This document shows, one piece after another, positions 36,996 to 45,446 of a DNA stretch of 64,000 nucleotides. Within the stretch, counting starts at the first letter, position 1. Each line of letters starts with the position of its first letter. The notes under the pieces are model-generated. The model made no database searches, was not told where the DNA came from, and saw only the letters and a list, made by a program, of their open reading frames with translations. Source of the DNA: Verrucomicrobiota bacterium (lineage in GTDB: Bacteria > Verrucomicrobiota > Lentisphaeria > Lentisphaerales > Lentisphaeraceae); the NCBI GenBank assembly GCA_039798785.1, contig JBDKFG010000015.1, forward strand, positions 24,595 to 88,594. The letters are read 5' to 3'. The position numbers and the translations under genes were made by a program.

Positions 36996-38348
36996 ATGAC
37001 CTTCGTTCAATCCCGTCGCGATCTCCTCAAGGCCGGCGCCGCAGCCGGCGCCCTCGCCAGCGCCCCCAGCCTCTTCGCCCGCGGTGCCAAGGATGCCAAC
37101 GATTTCATCAACATCGCTCTGATCGGCTGCGGCGGTCGCGGCTCCGGCGCTCTCGCCAATGCCCTCAACGCCGACCCCAAGACCCGCCTGGTCGCCATCG
37201 GTGACGCCTTCCCGGAGCAGATCGCCCATTCCCTCCAAGGCTGCAAAGGTTACGGAGAGCGCACCGCCGTCCCGGCCGAGCGACAGTTCGTCGGCATCGA
37301 CGCCTACCAGAAAATCCTCGCCCTGGCAGATGTCGATATGGTCATTTTGACCACCCCCCCCGGCTTCCGTCCCCTCCACATCGAAGCTGCCGTCGACGCC
37401 GGCAAGCACATCTTCGCCGAGAAGCCCCTCGCCGTCGACCCTGCCGGTTGGCGCAAAGTCAAGGCAGCCACCGAGAAGGCCGCAGAAAAAGGGCTCTGCT
37501 TCATGACTGGCTTCTGCTATCGCTGGGACATGCCCAAGGTCGAAGCGATGAACCAGGTCCTAGGCGGCAATGACGGCAACCCCGTCGCCGCCTACACCCG
37601 TGAAGTCCTCGGCGTCAGCGCCCCTTCCGCCGCCCTTATCGGCGACGTCAAGGCCGCCTTCTGCCACTACGACGCGGGGCTGAACTGGGTCAAGGACCCG
37701 CAACCGAGCTGGAGCAAGGCCGAAACCCAGCTCCGCAACTGGTTCTACTACACATGGCTCTCCGGTGATGACATCGTTGAACGCGGCATCCACAACGTCG
37801 ACAAGATGTGCTGGGCCTTCAACGACGAGGCGCCGATCTCGGTCCACGCTCACGGCGGCCGTCAAGTCCGCACCGAAAGCAAGTTCGGCAACGTCTTCGA
37901 CCATTTCGCCTGCCGCTACGACTTCGGCAACGGACGCTACGGCATGCTCACCAGCCGCCAGATGGCCGGCGCCGCCGGCGATGTCAGCGATCGAATCATC
38001 GGCACCCAGGGTTATTTCAACCTCCAGGATGGCCGCCCCACCCTGATGGATCACAATGGCAAGCAGCTCTGGCGCTACAACAATCCCAAAGGCGGAGACA
38101 TGTACAACAACGAGCACAAAGTGCTCAACGCCGCGATTCGCAGCGGCAAGACGCTCAGCACCGCCAAGCAGGCCCTGAACTCCACCGCGGCGGGGATCAT
38201 GGGGCGGATCTCGGCCTACACCGGCCAGAACGTCACCTTCGCCCAGTTCGTCAACATGAAAGAGGATCTCTTCCCGAAGGACTTCAAGATCGACATGGAT
38301 CTCCCCTTCCCCGAGATCGCGATGCCCGGCAGGACCAAGATCGACTGA
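36996..38348 (+). CDS. Tat-exported Gfo/Idh/MocA family oxidoreductase
   Basis: SRRDLLK Tat motif, LIGCGGRG, TPPGFR, HIFAEKP and RNWFYYTWLSGD. Confidence 0.92.
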   Translation: MTFVQSRRDLLKAGAAAGALASAPSLFARGAKDANDFINIALIGCGGRGSGALANALNADPKTRLVAIGDAFPEQIAHSLQGCKGYGERTAVPAERQFVGIDAYQKILALADVDMVILTTPPGFRPLHIEAAVDAGKHIFAEKPLAVDPAGWRKVKAATEKAAEKGLCFMTGFCYRWDMPKVEAMNQVLGGNDGNPVAAYTREVLGVSAPSAALIGDVKAAFCHYDAGLNWVKDPQPSWSKAETQLRNWFYYTWLSGDDIVERGIHNVDKMCWAFNDEAPISVHAHGGRQVRTESKFGNVFDHFACRYDFGNGRYGMLTSRQMAGAAGDVSDRIIGTQGYFNLQDGRPTLMDHNGKQLWRYNNPKGGDMYNNEHKVLNAAIRSGKTLSTAKQALNSTAAGIMGRISAYTGQNVTFAQFVNMKEDLFPKDFKIDMDLPFPEIAMPGRTKID

Positions 38349-38364
38349 GCTGACTCAGATCGGC

Positions 38365-38402
38365 AAGCGGAAAAGCGGAGCCCAGGCTCCGCTTTTCCGC
38401 TT
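38365..38402. terminator. Long hairpin/terminator between convergent genes
   Basis: AAGCGGAAAAGCGGAGCC-CA-GGCTCCGCTTTTCCGCTT perfect inverted repeat. Confidence 0.8.
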
Positions 38403-38490
38403 CATCCGACCCCGTCTCTAACGGTTGCGGTTGCAGCTAAGCCTTCCAACCTTTCAACCCGGTTCCATTCCGCTGCTGCGGAATTTAGGT

Positions 38491-39150
38491 TCAATTGTGG
38501 TTTTTCACCAGGCCTTCAAGATGCGGCCAGAGATTTTCAAGAAGGCGTTGCTGGCCGCGAGCGTTGGGATGGATGCCGTCGGGCAAGTTGAACTCGGCAT
38601 GGCCGCCGACGTCCTTGAGGAGGAAAGGGCAGAGTTCGACGCCTTCTGATTTGGCCAGATCAGGATAGATGCGACGAAAGGAAGCGGCATAGTCCGACCC
38701 CATGCTCGGCGGCACTTCCATGCCGGCAAGCAGGATGCGGACCTGCGGCGAATATTTGCGGAAATCGCGGATGATCGCGACCAGATTGTCCCGGGTGGCG
38801 GCGGAATCGAGGCCGCGGAGACCGTCATTAGCACCGAGAGCGAGAACCAAGGTGTGCACAGGCTCGCGGCAAAGCCACTCGACTTTGCGGAGACCGCCGG
38901 CCGAGGTGGCGCCGCTGGTGCCGGCGTTGACGACGCGGAAGGCGTAGCCTCGAGCGTCAAGCCGCTTCTGCAGCAGGGCCGGCCAGGATTCACCTTCGGG
39001 AAGCCCGAAACCGGCTGTCAGGCTGTCGCCGAGACAGACAAGACGGGGGCGGCGGTCCTCAAGCTGCGCCGGAGCGGAGCCGGCTGCTGCAAGCGGCTCC
39101 TCGGGGCGGCAGGCGGAGAGGAAGAGCAGGGCGAGTACAATGAAGCGCAT
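38491..39150 (-). CDS. tesA: SGNH/GDSL arylesterase (TesA-like) lipoprotein
   Basis: GDSLTAG, NAGTSG, LGANDGLRG and DGIHP; lipobox LSAC; divergent from ybbA-ybbP. Confidence 0.88.
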   Translation of the reverse strand: MRFIVLALLFLSACRPEEPLAAAGSAPAQLEDRRPRLVCLGDSLTAGFGLPEGESWPALLQKRLDARGYAFRVVNAGTSGATSAGGLRKVEWLCREPVHTLVLALGANDGLRGLDSAATRDNLVAIIRDFRKYSPQVRILLAGMEVPPSMGSDYAASFRRIYPDLAKSEGVELCPFLLKDVGGHAEFNLPDGIHPNARGQQRLLENLWPHLEGLVKNHN

Positions 39151-39274
39151 GGAGGGGGCCCCCGGGTTGATGCCGAAGATTAACGCCGGAAGAAGACTCA
39201 CGCCAGATTGAAGCCGACTTTTGCGTTCGGCAATCCGGCCTATGCTAAGGCTTCATCACCACCAGGAGTCCCCC

Positions 39275-39970
39275 ATGCGTTCGGAAGAGAAGGTTCTGCA
39301 GGTTTGCGATCTCGGCAAGGAGTACCTCTCGGCGGGGCAGCCGCTGAGCGTCCTGCGCGGCCTCAGCGTCGATATTCACGCAGGCGAGGTGGTGGCGGTG
39401 ACCGGACCTTCGGGCAGCGGCAAGTCGACCTTCCTCGCCCTCGCGGCAGGCTTGGAAATCCCCAGTCGCGGCGCGGTGAAGCTCTGCGGCGCGGATCTCG
39501 TCAGCCTCGACGAAGAAGCGCGAGCGAAGCTGCGGCGGCGCGAGATCGGCTTCATCTTCCAGGCCTTCCATCTCCTCCCGACCCTCAGCGCCCTCGAGAA
39601 CGTCATGGTGCCGCTGGAGCTCGAAGGCCAGCTCGCCGATGCCGAGATCCGCCGTCGCGCCTTGGCCTTGCTCGAGCAGGTCGGCCTGGCCGCCCGTGCC
39701 GGCCATTACCCCTCGCAGCTCTCCGGCGGCGAACAGCAGCGGGTGGCCCTGGCCCGCGCCTTCATCCACGAACCGCGCATCCTCTTCGCCGACGAGCCGA
39801 CCGGCAACCTCGACGCCGACAACGCCCGGATCGTCCAGGACATGCTCTGGGATCTCAACGCCCGCCGCGGCACCACCTTGATCGTAGTCACTCACGACGG
39901 CGAGCTGGCGCGTCGCTGCGGCCGGATCCTGCGCCTGCGCGGCGGCGAGCTGCTGCCGGGAGAAAGCTGA
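39275..39970 (+). CDS. ybbA: ABC transporter ATP-binding protein (YbbA-like)
   Basis: GPSGSGKST, LSGGEQQRVA, FADEPTGNLD and VTHD. Confidence 0.88.
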   Translation: MRSEEKVLQVCDLGKEYLSAGQPLSVLRGLSVDIHAGEVVAVTGPSGSGKSTFLALAAGLEIPSRGAVKLCGADLVSLDEEARAKLRRREIGFIFQAFHLLPTLSALENVMVPLELEGQLADAEIRRRALALLEQVGLAARAGHYPSQLSGGEQQRVALARAFIHEPRILFADEPTGNLDADNARIVQDMLWDLNARRGTTLIVVTHDGELARRCGRILRLRGGELLPGES

Positions 39971-42543
39971 TGCGGCGCCTCGGCGCAGCCCTGCTGCGGC
40001 GCTGGACCTGGAAGATGGCGGGGCGATCCCTCCGCAGCCAGGGGCGCAGCCTGATCCTCTACGGCCTCTGCATCGCTGCCGGGGTCGCCGCCCTCGTCGC
40101 CTTGCGCTCCTACGGCGGCGCGGTCAAAAACGGCCTGGTCGAGCAGTCGCAGCAGATGCTCGGCGCCGATGTGGTGGTGAAGAGCCGGACGCCCTTCTCG
40201 AGGGAGCAGCTCTCGCTTCTGGAGGCCCGCCTTGGTCCGGCAGTTCAGGAATGGCGCCTGCCGAGCATGGCCCTATTTCCCTCGTCGCCGGAAGCGCCGC
40301 GCCTCGTCCAAGTGCGGGCGCTTGATCCCGGCTGGCCGCTGTACGGCAAGGTCGAGACCCTTCCTGCCGGCGGATGGGAAGAGGTGCGCAGTTCGCGCGG
40401 CGCCTGTCTGGTGGAAGAGAGCCTCCTCCTGCAATGCGGCGCCCGGCCGGGTGACACTTTGCGTCTCGGCCAGGGCCAGTTCCGGATCGCCGGCATCCTG
40501 AAGAGCCTGCCGGGCGAATCGGTGATGATGGCCGAGCTGGCGCCGCGGGTCCTGATCGCCTCGGCCGACCTCGAAGCCACCGCCCTTCTCGGCTTCGGCA
40601 GCCGGGTCTTCCACCGCCTCAACTTCCGCCTGCCCGCCGGCTTCAGCGAGGCCCAGGCGAACACCTGGCTGGAGGCGGAGCAGGACCGCGCCGGCAAGGA
40701 CACCTGGAGCTTCGAAAGCTTCAGCCGCCGCCAGGAGAACATCCGCAAGGTGATGGACAACCTGCTCTTCTTCCTCCAGGCCAGCGGCCTGATGGCGCTG
40801 CTCCTCGGCGGCCTCGGGGTGCACGGGGCGCTGCAGGTCTTCATCCGCCGCAACCTGCCCGCCGCGGCGCTCCTGCGCTGCCTCGGCGCCGGCCCCGGCG
40901 AAGTCACCGCCGCGCTCCTCCTCCAATGCCTCGCCCTCGGCCTCTTCGGCGGCCTCGCGGGGGTCGCCGCCGGCTTCCTCCTGCAAGCCTGGCTGCCCAG
41001 CCTCGCCGCCAGCTTCCTGCCCCTCCAGGTGGAGGCGGCCTTCTCCCCCGCCGCGGCGCTCGAAGGCATCCTCCTCGGCCTCGCCTGCGCCCTCTTCGCC
41101 GCCCTCGGGCCGCTGCGCGCGGTCTGGCGGGTCAGCCCCCTCGACGCCCTCCGCCGGGGCCGCGACGGCCTCGACATCGGCCGGGCCTGGCAAATCGGCG
41201 TCATCATTGCGCTCGCCGCCATCATCGCCCTCTACGCCGCCCTCAACGGGGCCTCGCCGAAACGGGCCGGAGCCCTCGCCCTGGGCCTCCTCCTCGGCCT
41301 CGGCTTCCTCGCGCTCATCGCAAAAACCCTGATGGCCCTGCTCCGCCGCGGCATCCCGAGCTTCCTCCCCTTCCCCTGGAAACAGGGCGTCCGCAACCTC
41401 TTCCGCCCCCGCAACCAGACGGTGACGGTGACCCTCTCCCTCGGCTGCGGCGTCTTCCTCCTGCTCCTGCTCCACCTGCTCCAGAAAGACCTGCTCGCAC
41501 AGGTCGCCAGCCAGGAGGCCGGCAGCGCCCCCAACCTGGTGCTTTTCGACGTCCAGGCCGACCAGCGCCAGGAACTCAGCCGCTTGGTCGAGGAACAGGG
41601 CGTTGCGCTCGACCAGGTGGTGCCGATCGTCGACATGCGCCTGCGCCGCCTCGCCGGGAAGCCGGTGGCGGAATGGCGAAGCCTGGAAAAAGCCGGACCT
41701 GAAAAGCTCCGCCGTCCGAGCTGGATCTGGGAGCGGGTCTACCGCTGCAGCTATCGCGACGCCGCCGCGCCCGGCGAAAGCCTCCTGGAAGGCTCCTGGG
41801 GCCAGCCTTGGGACGGCGTCGGCCGCATCCCGGTGTCGATCGAAGAAGGCTGGGCCCGCGAAGCCCGGGTGAAGCTCGGCGACGAGCTCGACTTCGAGGT
41901 CGATGGCGAAGCCTTGAGCTGCCGGGTGACTGCGGTCCGCCGGGTCGAGTGGATGCAGATGCGGCCGAACTTCTTCATCATCTTCCCCTCGAAAGTGCTG
42001 GAGAAGGCGCCGCAGATGCAGGTCCTGGTCCTCCGCAGCGCCGATGCGAAGCGCAGCGCCGAGCTGCAGAAGTTGTGCGTCACCCGTTTCCCCAACGTCA
42101 GCGTTCTCGACCTGTCGCTGGTGGTCAAGGCGGTGGGCGAGATTCTCGGGCGTTGCGGCCAGGCGGTGAACTTCATCGCTGCCTTCAGCCTCCTCGCCGG
42201 ACTGGTGGTGCTTTGGACTTCTCTGCTCCTCTGTCAGAAGCAGCGCCTGGAGGAGGCGGCCCTGCTCCGGGTGATCGGGGCGGAGCGCCGCCAATTGCGG
42301 CAGATGCTGCTCGCCGAATTCACCTGCCTGGGCCTCCTCGCGGGCGGCGGCGGCAGCCTCCTCGCCCTCGGCGCCGAAAGCCTGCTCGCCCAGCAGATCC
42401 TCGAAATCTCCCGCCCCCTCGACTGGCCTGCCTGCCTCATCGCCACGAGCGCGGTGGTGAGCTTCACCTGGCTCGCCGGCTTCTGGGTCAGCCGCGGCGG
42501 CCGCAAAATCTCGCCGCTTGAACGGCTGAGGCAGCCGGAGTGA
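39970..42543 (+). CDS. ybbP: ABC transporter permease (YbbP/MacB-FtsX type, duplicated)
   Basis: LGAD, WPLYG, APRVLI, PNLVLFDVQ, RRVEW..MRPNFF and FPNVSVLD; the start overlaps the ybbA stop. Confidence 0.85.
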   Translation: MRRLGAALLRRWTWKMAGRSLRSQGRSLILYGLCIAAGVAALVALRSYGGAVKNGLVEQSQQMLGADVVVKSRTPFSREQLSLLEARLGPAVQEWRLPSMALFPSSPEAPRLVQVRALDPGWPLYGKVETLPAGGWEEVRSSRGACLVEESLLLQCGARPGDTLRLGQGQFRIAGILKSLPGESVMMAELAPRVLIASADLEATALLGFGSRVFHRLNFRLPAGFSEAQANTWLEAEQDRAGKDTWSFESFSRRQENIRKVMDNLLFFLQASGLMALLLGGLGVHGALQVFIRRNLPAAALLRCLGAGPGEVTAALLLQCLALGLFGGLAGVAAGFLLQAWLPSLAASFLPLQVEAAFSPAAALEGILLGLACALFAALGPLRAVWRVSPLDALRRGRDGLDIGRAWQIGVIIALAAIIALYAALNGASPKRAGALALGLLLGLGFLALIAKTLMALLRRGIPSFLPFPWKQGVRNLFRPRNQTVTVTLSLGCGVFLLLLLHLLQKDLLAQVASQEAGSAPNLVLFDVQADQRQELSRLVEEQGVALDQVVPIVDMRLRRLAGKPVAEWRSLEKAGPEKLRRPSWIWERVYRCSYRDAAAPGESLLEGSWGQPWDGVGRIPVSIEEGWAREARVKLGDELDFEVDGEALSCRVTAVRRVEWMQMRPNFFIIFPSKVLEKAPQMQVLVLRSADAKRSAELQKLCVTRFPNVSVLDLSLVVKAVGEILGRCGQAVNFIAAFSLLAGLVVLWTSLLLCQKQRLEEAALLRVIGAERRQLRQMLLAEFTCLGLLAGGGGSLLALGAESLLAQQILEISRPLDWPACLIATSAVVSFTWLAGFWVSRGGRKISPLERLRQPE

Positions 42544-42639
42544 CGCGCGACCCGAATGCCGAAAACTGATGATTTCTTGCATTTGAGTCGTGCTGGACTT
42601 ATGCTGGCTCATCACATCTCCACAGCCAAGGATGACCTC

Positions 42640-43563
42640 ATGAAACGACTGAAATTCTTGATTCCGCTGCTCCTGCTTTTGCTACCGCTCAGCCTCTGGG
42701 CCTTCCTACCGAAGCAAAGGTGTCCCGAGGGGGAAGTCTGGAAAAACAGCGATCTCGTCTGCCGTGGCCGTGTCACTCGTTTATGGACGGAGCGCCGCGT
42801 CGTGGGGCGTGAAGTCCAAGTCATCCGTGAAGACGCCTATGCTGAACTGGAGCTCAGCCGCGTCTGGAAAGGGGAGATCAAGAAGATTCGCCTCCTGATC
42901 AGCTCAAGTCCTGGCTGGAACCCCAACGGGAGCCGTTTCCCGGTGCTGTGCAATACCCAGCGCGGCTACGATCTCAAAATCGGTCGCTGCTATCTGGTCT
43001 TCGCCCGCAAGATCCCCGGCAGCGCAGCCGACCTGGTGGAACCCGTGAACTTCTTCAACGACCTATGGGAAGTCTCCGACAAGGAGAATCTCCTTACCGA
43101 CATTCACGATCCCGAGACCATCGTCACGGAAGAGGCTCTCCTGCAGAAGCATGGCACCCCCCAGGGCACGGTCGCGAAGGAAGTGAAGCAGAATTCACTG
43201 CTTGCCGACATCAGCCAGGAACCGCTCCTCGGCGTTCCTTTCGGCAGCTCGGTCATCATAAGTGGCGAGTTCATCGACAAACCCAAGGACTATTACAGCC
43301 AGAACATGATCCGCGAGACCTGTTTTTTCCGGGTGCAAACGGTCAATGGATTCCAGCTCAATGAGCCTGTCGACATCGCCTATCATTTGAGGGAAAAACC
43401 CGGCGTGATTGAGCCCAAACCGGGTTTGTCCGGGAGCTTCGAAGCCTATGAAAGTCTAGTTGAGGTCGGGGATCCCTGGCTCGCTAAAGGAGAGCAGGGC
43501 TGGGCCTTCCATTTCCGTCATGTGGTCAAGCTGCGTGCTGCGCCCAAAGCGGTGCAACGCTAA
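42640..43563 (+). CDS. Secreted hypothetical protein
   Basis: Signal peptide MKRLKFLIPLLLLLLPLSLWA; open frame of about 307 aa. Confidence 0.7.
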   Translation: MKRLKFLIPLLLLLLPLSLWAFLPKQRCPEGEVWKNSDLVCRGRVTRLWTERRVVGREVQVIREDAYAELELSRVWKGEIKKIRLLISSSPGWNPNGSRFPVLCNTQRGYDLKIGRCYLVFARKIPGSAADLVEPVNFFNDLWEVSDKENLLTDIHDPETIVTEEALLQKHGTPQGTVAKEVKQNSLLADISQEPLLGVPFGSSVIISGEFIDKPKDYYSQNMIRETCFFRVQTVNGFQLNEPVDIAYHLREKPGVIEPKPGLSGSFEAYESLVEVGDPWLAKGEQGWAFHFRHVVKLRAAPKAVQR

Positions 43564-43600
43564 TGACCTCCTGACGCGCCAGCCGGAGTGACGGCTTGCC

Positions 43601-43727
43601 CCTGAAAACCGCAGTTGAAGGTTAGAAGGTTCAAATGTTGAGAGGATTAGCTACACCACGATTTGACGCTCTTGTTCAAACGTTTGCCTTTCAACCTTCC
43701 AACCTTCCAACCTTTCAACCCGGTTCC
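43601..43727. repeat. MITE-like element with inverted octamer arrays
   Basis: The left end CCTGAAAACCGCAGTTGAA also occurs at 34372; the right end CCTTCCAACCTTTCAACCCGGTTCC also occurs at about 38442. Confidence 0.7.
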
Positions 43728-43788
43728 TTGACTTCTCCCCCGATCTTTCGTAGACTGGCCCAATCTCACCCCAACCCGGAGTCCTCGC

Positions 43789-44799
43789 ATGAAAAGAGCC
43801 CTGATCTGCCTCGCCGCCGCCGCCCTGTTCTCCAGTTGCGCCGTCCGCGCCGTCGAAGGCGGCACCAAACCCGCCACCCAGACCGGATTCTTCTGGATCA
43901 AAAAGGACGACTTCAAGGTCGATGGCGAAAAGGTCTTCAAGGACGCTCGCAAGGTGGTCATCGGCTCCTTCAAGGTCGGCTTCGTCACCGGCAAATACGC
44001 CAAGCGCAAGGCCGGTCGCGGCCCGGGCGGGGTCGCCGCCGCCGACGTCACCCTGATCGGCCCCGACGACGCTCTCTACGCCAAGCTCGCCGACGCCGCC
44101 TACCAGGACTTCCTCCAGCAGCTCGAAAAGGCCGGCTACGAAGTCGCCCCCCGCCAGCAGCTCCTGACCCATAAGAGCTTCGCCGAAGTCAAGACCCACC
44201 CCGCCCCCTACAAGGACGATGGCCTGATGCTCGTCCCCGGCGGCGAGGTCAGCTACTTCGTGCCGCGCGATTTCGACAATAAGATCCACTTCTTCGCCCA
44301 GGACGCGGCGGTGGTCTGGAGCGCCGGTTGGGGCAGCTCCAACCCGAACGTCGGGGCGACCGCTTTCGCCGATGAAACCAAGCTGCCGGTCCTGTCGGTC
44401 AACTACCTCCTCGACTTCGTCAACGATGAAGGCGGCGGCGGCGCCTGGTCCAGCACTTCCAACGTCACGGTCGGCCAGGGGATCAGCGTCAAGATCGGCA
44501 GTTCCCTGACCTTGATCCGCGATGGCGGCGGCTTCCTCCGCCCCGGCACCGGCAGCATCCAGCTCGGGCAGGCGATCTATTCCGAAGAGGCCTTCGGCAC
44601 GATCAAGGACACCACCACCACCGCCGACAAGAGTCTGCAAGTGGCCAGCAACGTCGTCACCACCGCCCTCGGCGCGGGCTCCAGCGTCCGCCGCAATTTC
44701 GATATCACCGCCGAAGCGGGCAAGTACGAGTCGGTCGCCGCCAAGGTCCTGGCCGAGGCCAACGCCAAGCTGATCGAGCAGATGAAGAGCCGCCGCTGA
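43789..44799 (+). CDS. Hypothetical lipoprotein
   Basis: Lipobox FSSC after a hydrophobic stretch; strongly biased codon usage; GGAG RBS. Confidence 0.85.
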   Translation: MKRALICLAAAALFSSCAVRAVEGGTKPATQTGFFWIKKDDFKVDGEKVFKDARKVVIGSFKVGFVTGKYAKRKAGRGPGGVAAADVTLIGPDDALYAKLADAAYQDFLQQLEKAGYEVAPRQQLLTHKSFAEVKTHPAPYKDDGLMLVPGGEVSYFVPRDFDNKIHFFAQDAAVVWSAGWGSSNPNVGATAFADETKLPVLSVNYLLDFVNDEGGGGAWSSTSNVTVGQGISVKIGSSLTLIRDGGGFLRPGTGSIQLGQAIYSEEAFGTIKDTTTTADKSLQVASNVVTTALGAGSSVRRNFDITAEAGKYESVAAKVLAEANAKLIEQMKSRR

Positions 44800-44812
44800 A
44801 TCCGAACAGAAT

Positions 44813-44846
44813 GACGCCCGTCACAACCGCGGTCGCGACGGGCGTC
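44813..44846. terminator. Hairpin between convergent lipoprotein genes
   Basis: GACGCCCGTC...GACGGGCGTC 10-bp stem. Confidence 0.6.
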
Positions 44847-44863
44847 TGGCGAGTCAGGAAGAC

Positions 44864-45259
44864 TTACTTCTTAATGCCGGTGCCTTCAGTGCGGTCGACA
44901 TAAAGGCCGAAGATGAAGAAGGGCAGGCCGTAATAAGTTTCTTCAGGCGGCTTGACGTTGATCAGAGCTGTCTTGCCGTCCTTCTTGGCGTCGGCACCCA
45001 TCACGGCGAGCTGGCTTTCGTTGCTTTGACGGGGATAGACTTCAGCGGCTTTCCAGATGAAGGGGATGCCGAAGGCGAGACCGACTTCCGAAGTGCGGTA
45101 TTGCTTGGCCGAGGCGGGATCATGAGTGATGTCGCCGGTGGTCAGGGCGCTAAGTCCGGCGTCCTTGCCGGCCTTGTCGAGATCGATCTGGCTGGCGAGG
45201 TTCGTGCAGCTGCTGGCAGCGAGGGCGGCGATAGCGGCGAAACAGGTGAGAAGTTTCAT
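44864..45259 (-). CDS. Small hypothetical lipoprotein
   Basis: MKLLTCFAAIAALAASSC lipobox; 131 aa; AAGGG RBS. Confidence 0.8.
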   Translation of the reverse strand: MKLLTCFAAIAALAASSCTNLASQIDLDKAGKDAGLSALTTGDITHDPASAKQYRTSEVGLAFGIPFIWKAAEVYPRQSNESQLAVMGADAKKDGKTALINVKPPEETYYGLPFFIFGLYVDRTEGTGIKK

Positions 45260-45446
45260 GTTTTTCCCTTCTGGGTTTTGAGCTCGTGAAAGCTTCGGCT
45301 CTTCCGAAGCTGAGCGTAATGCTCGCCATCATTCTAGCAACATTGCATTCCTTTTGCAATGCCGTCATGGCATCCCCGGCCCGACGGGGATTTCCAGCAA
45401 AATGCGGCTAGACTTCCGGAGTCATGCACAAGCCCAAGGAACTCAC

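Noticed and set aside
39208..39969. 1111-aa version of the ABC permease
   Set aside because: The first ~254 codons overlap ybbA in another frame and are Arg-rich nonsense; the true start is ATG 39970.
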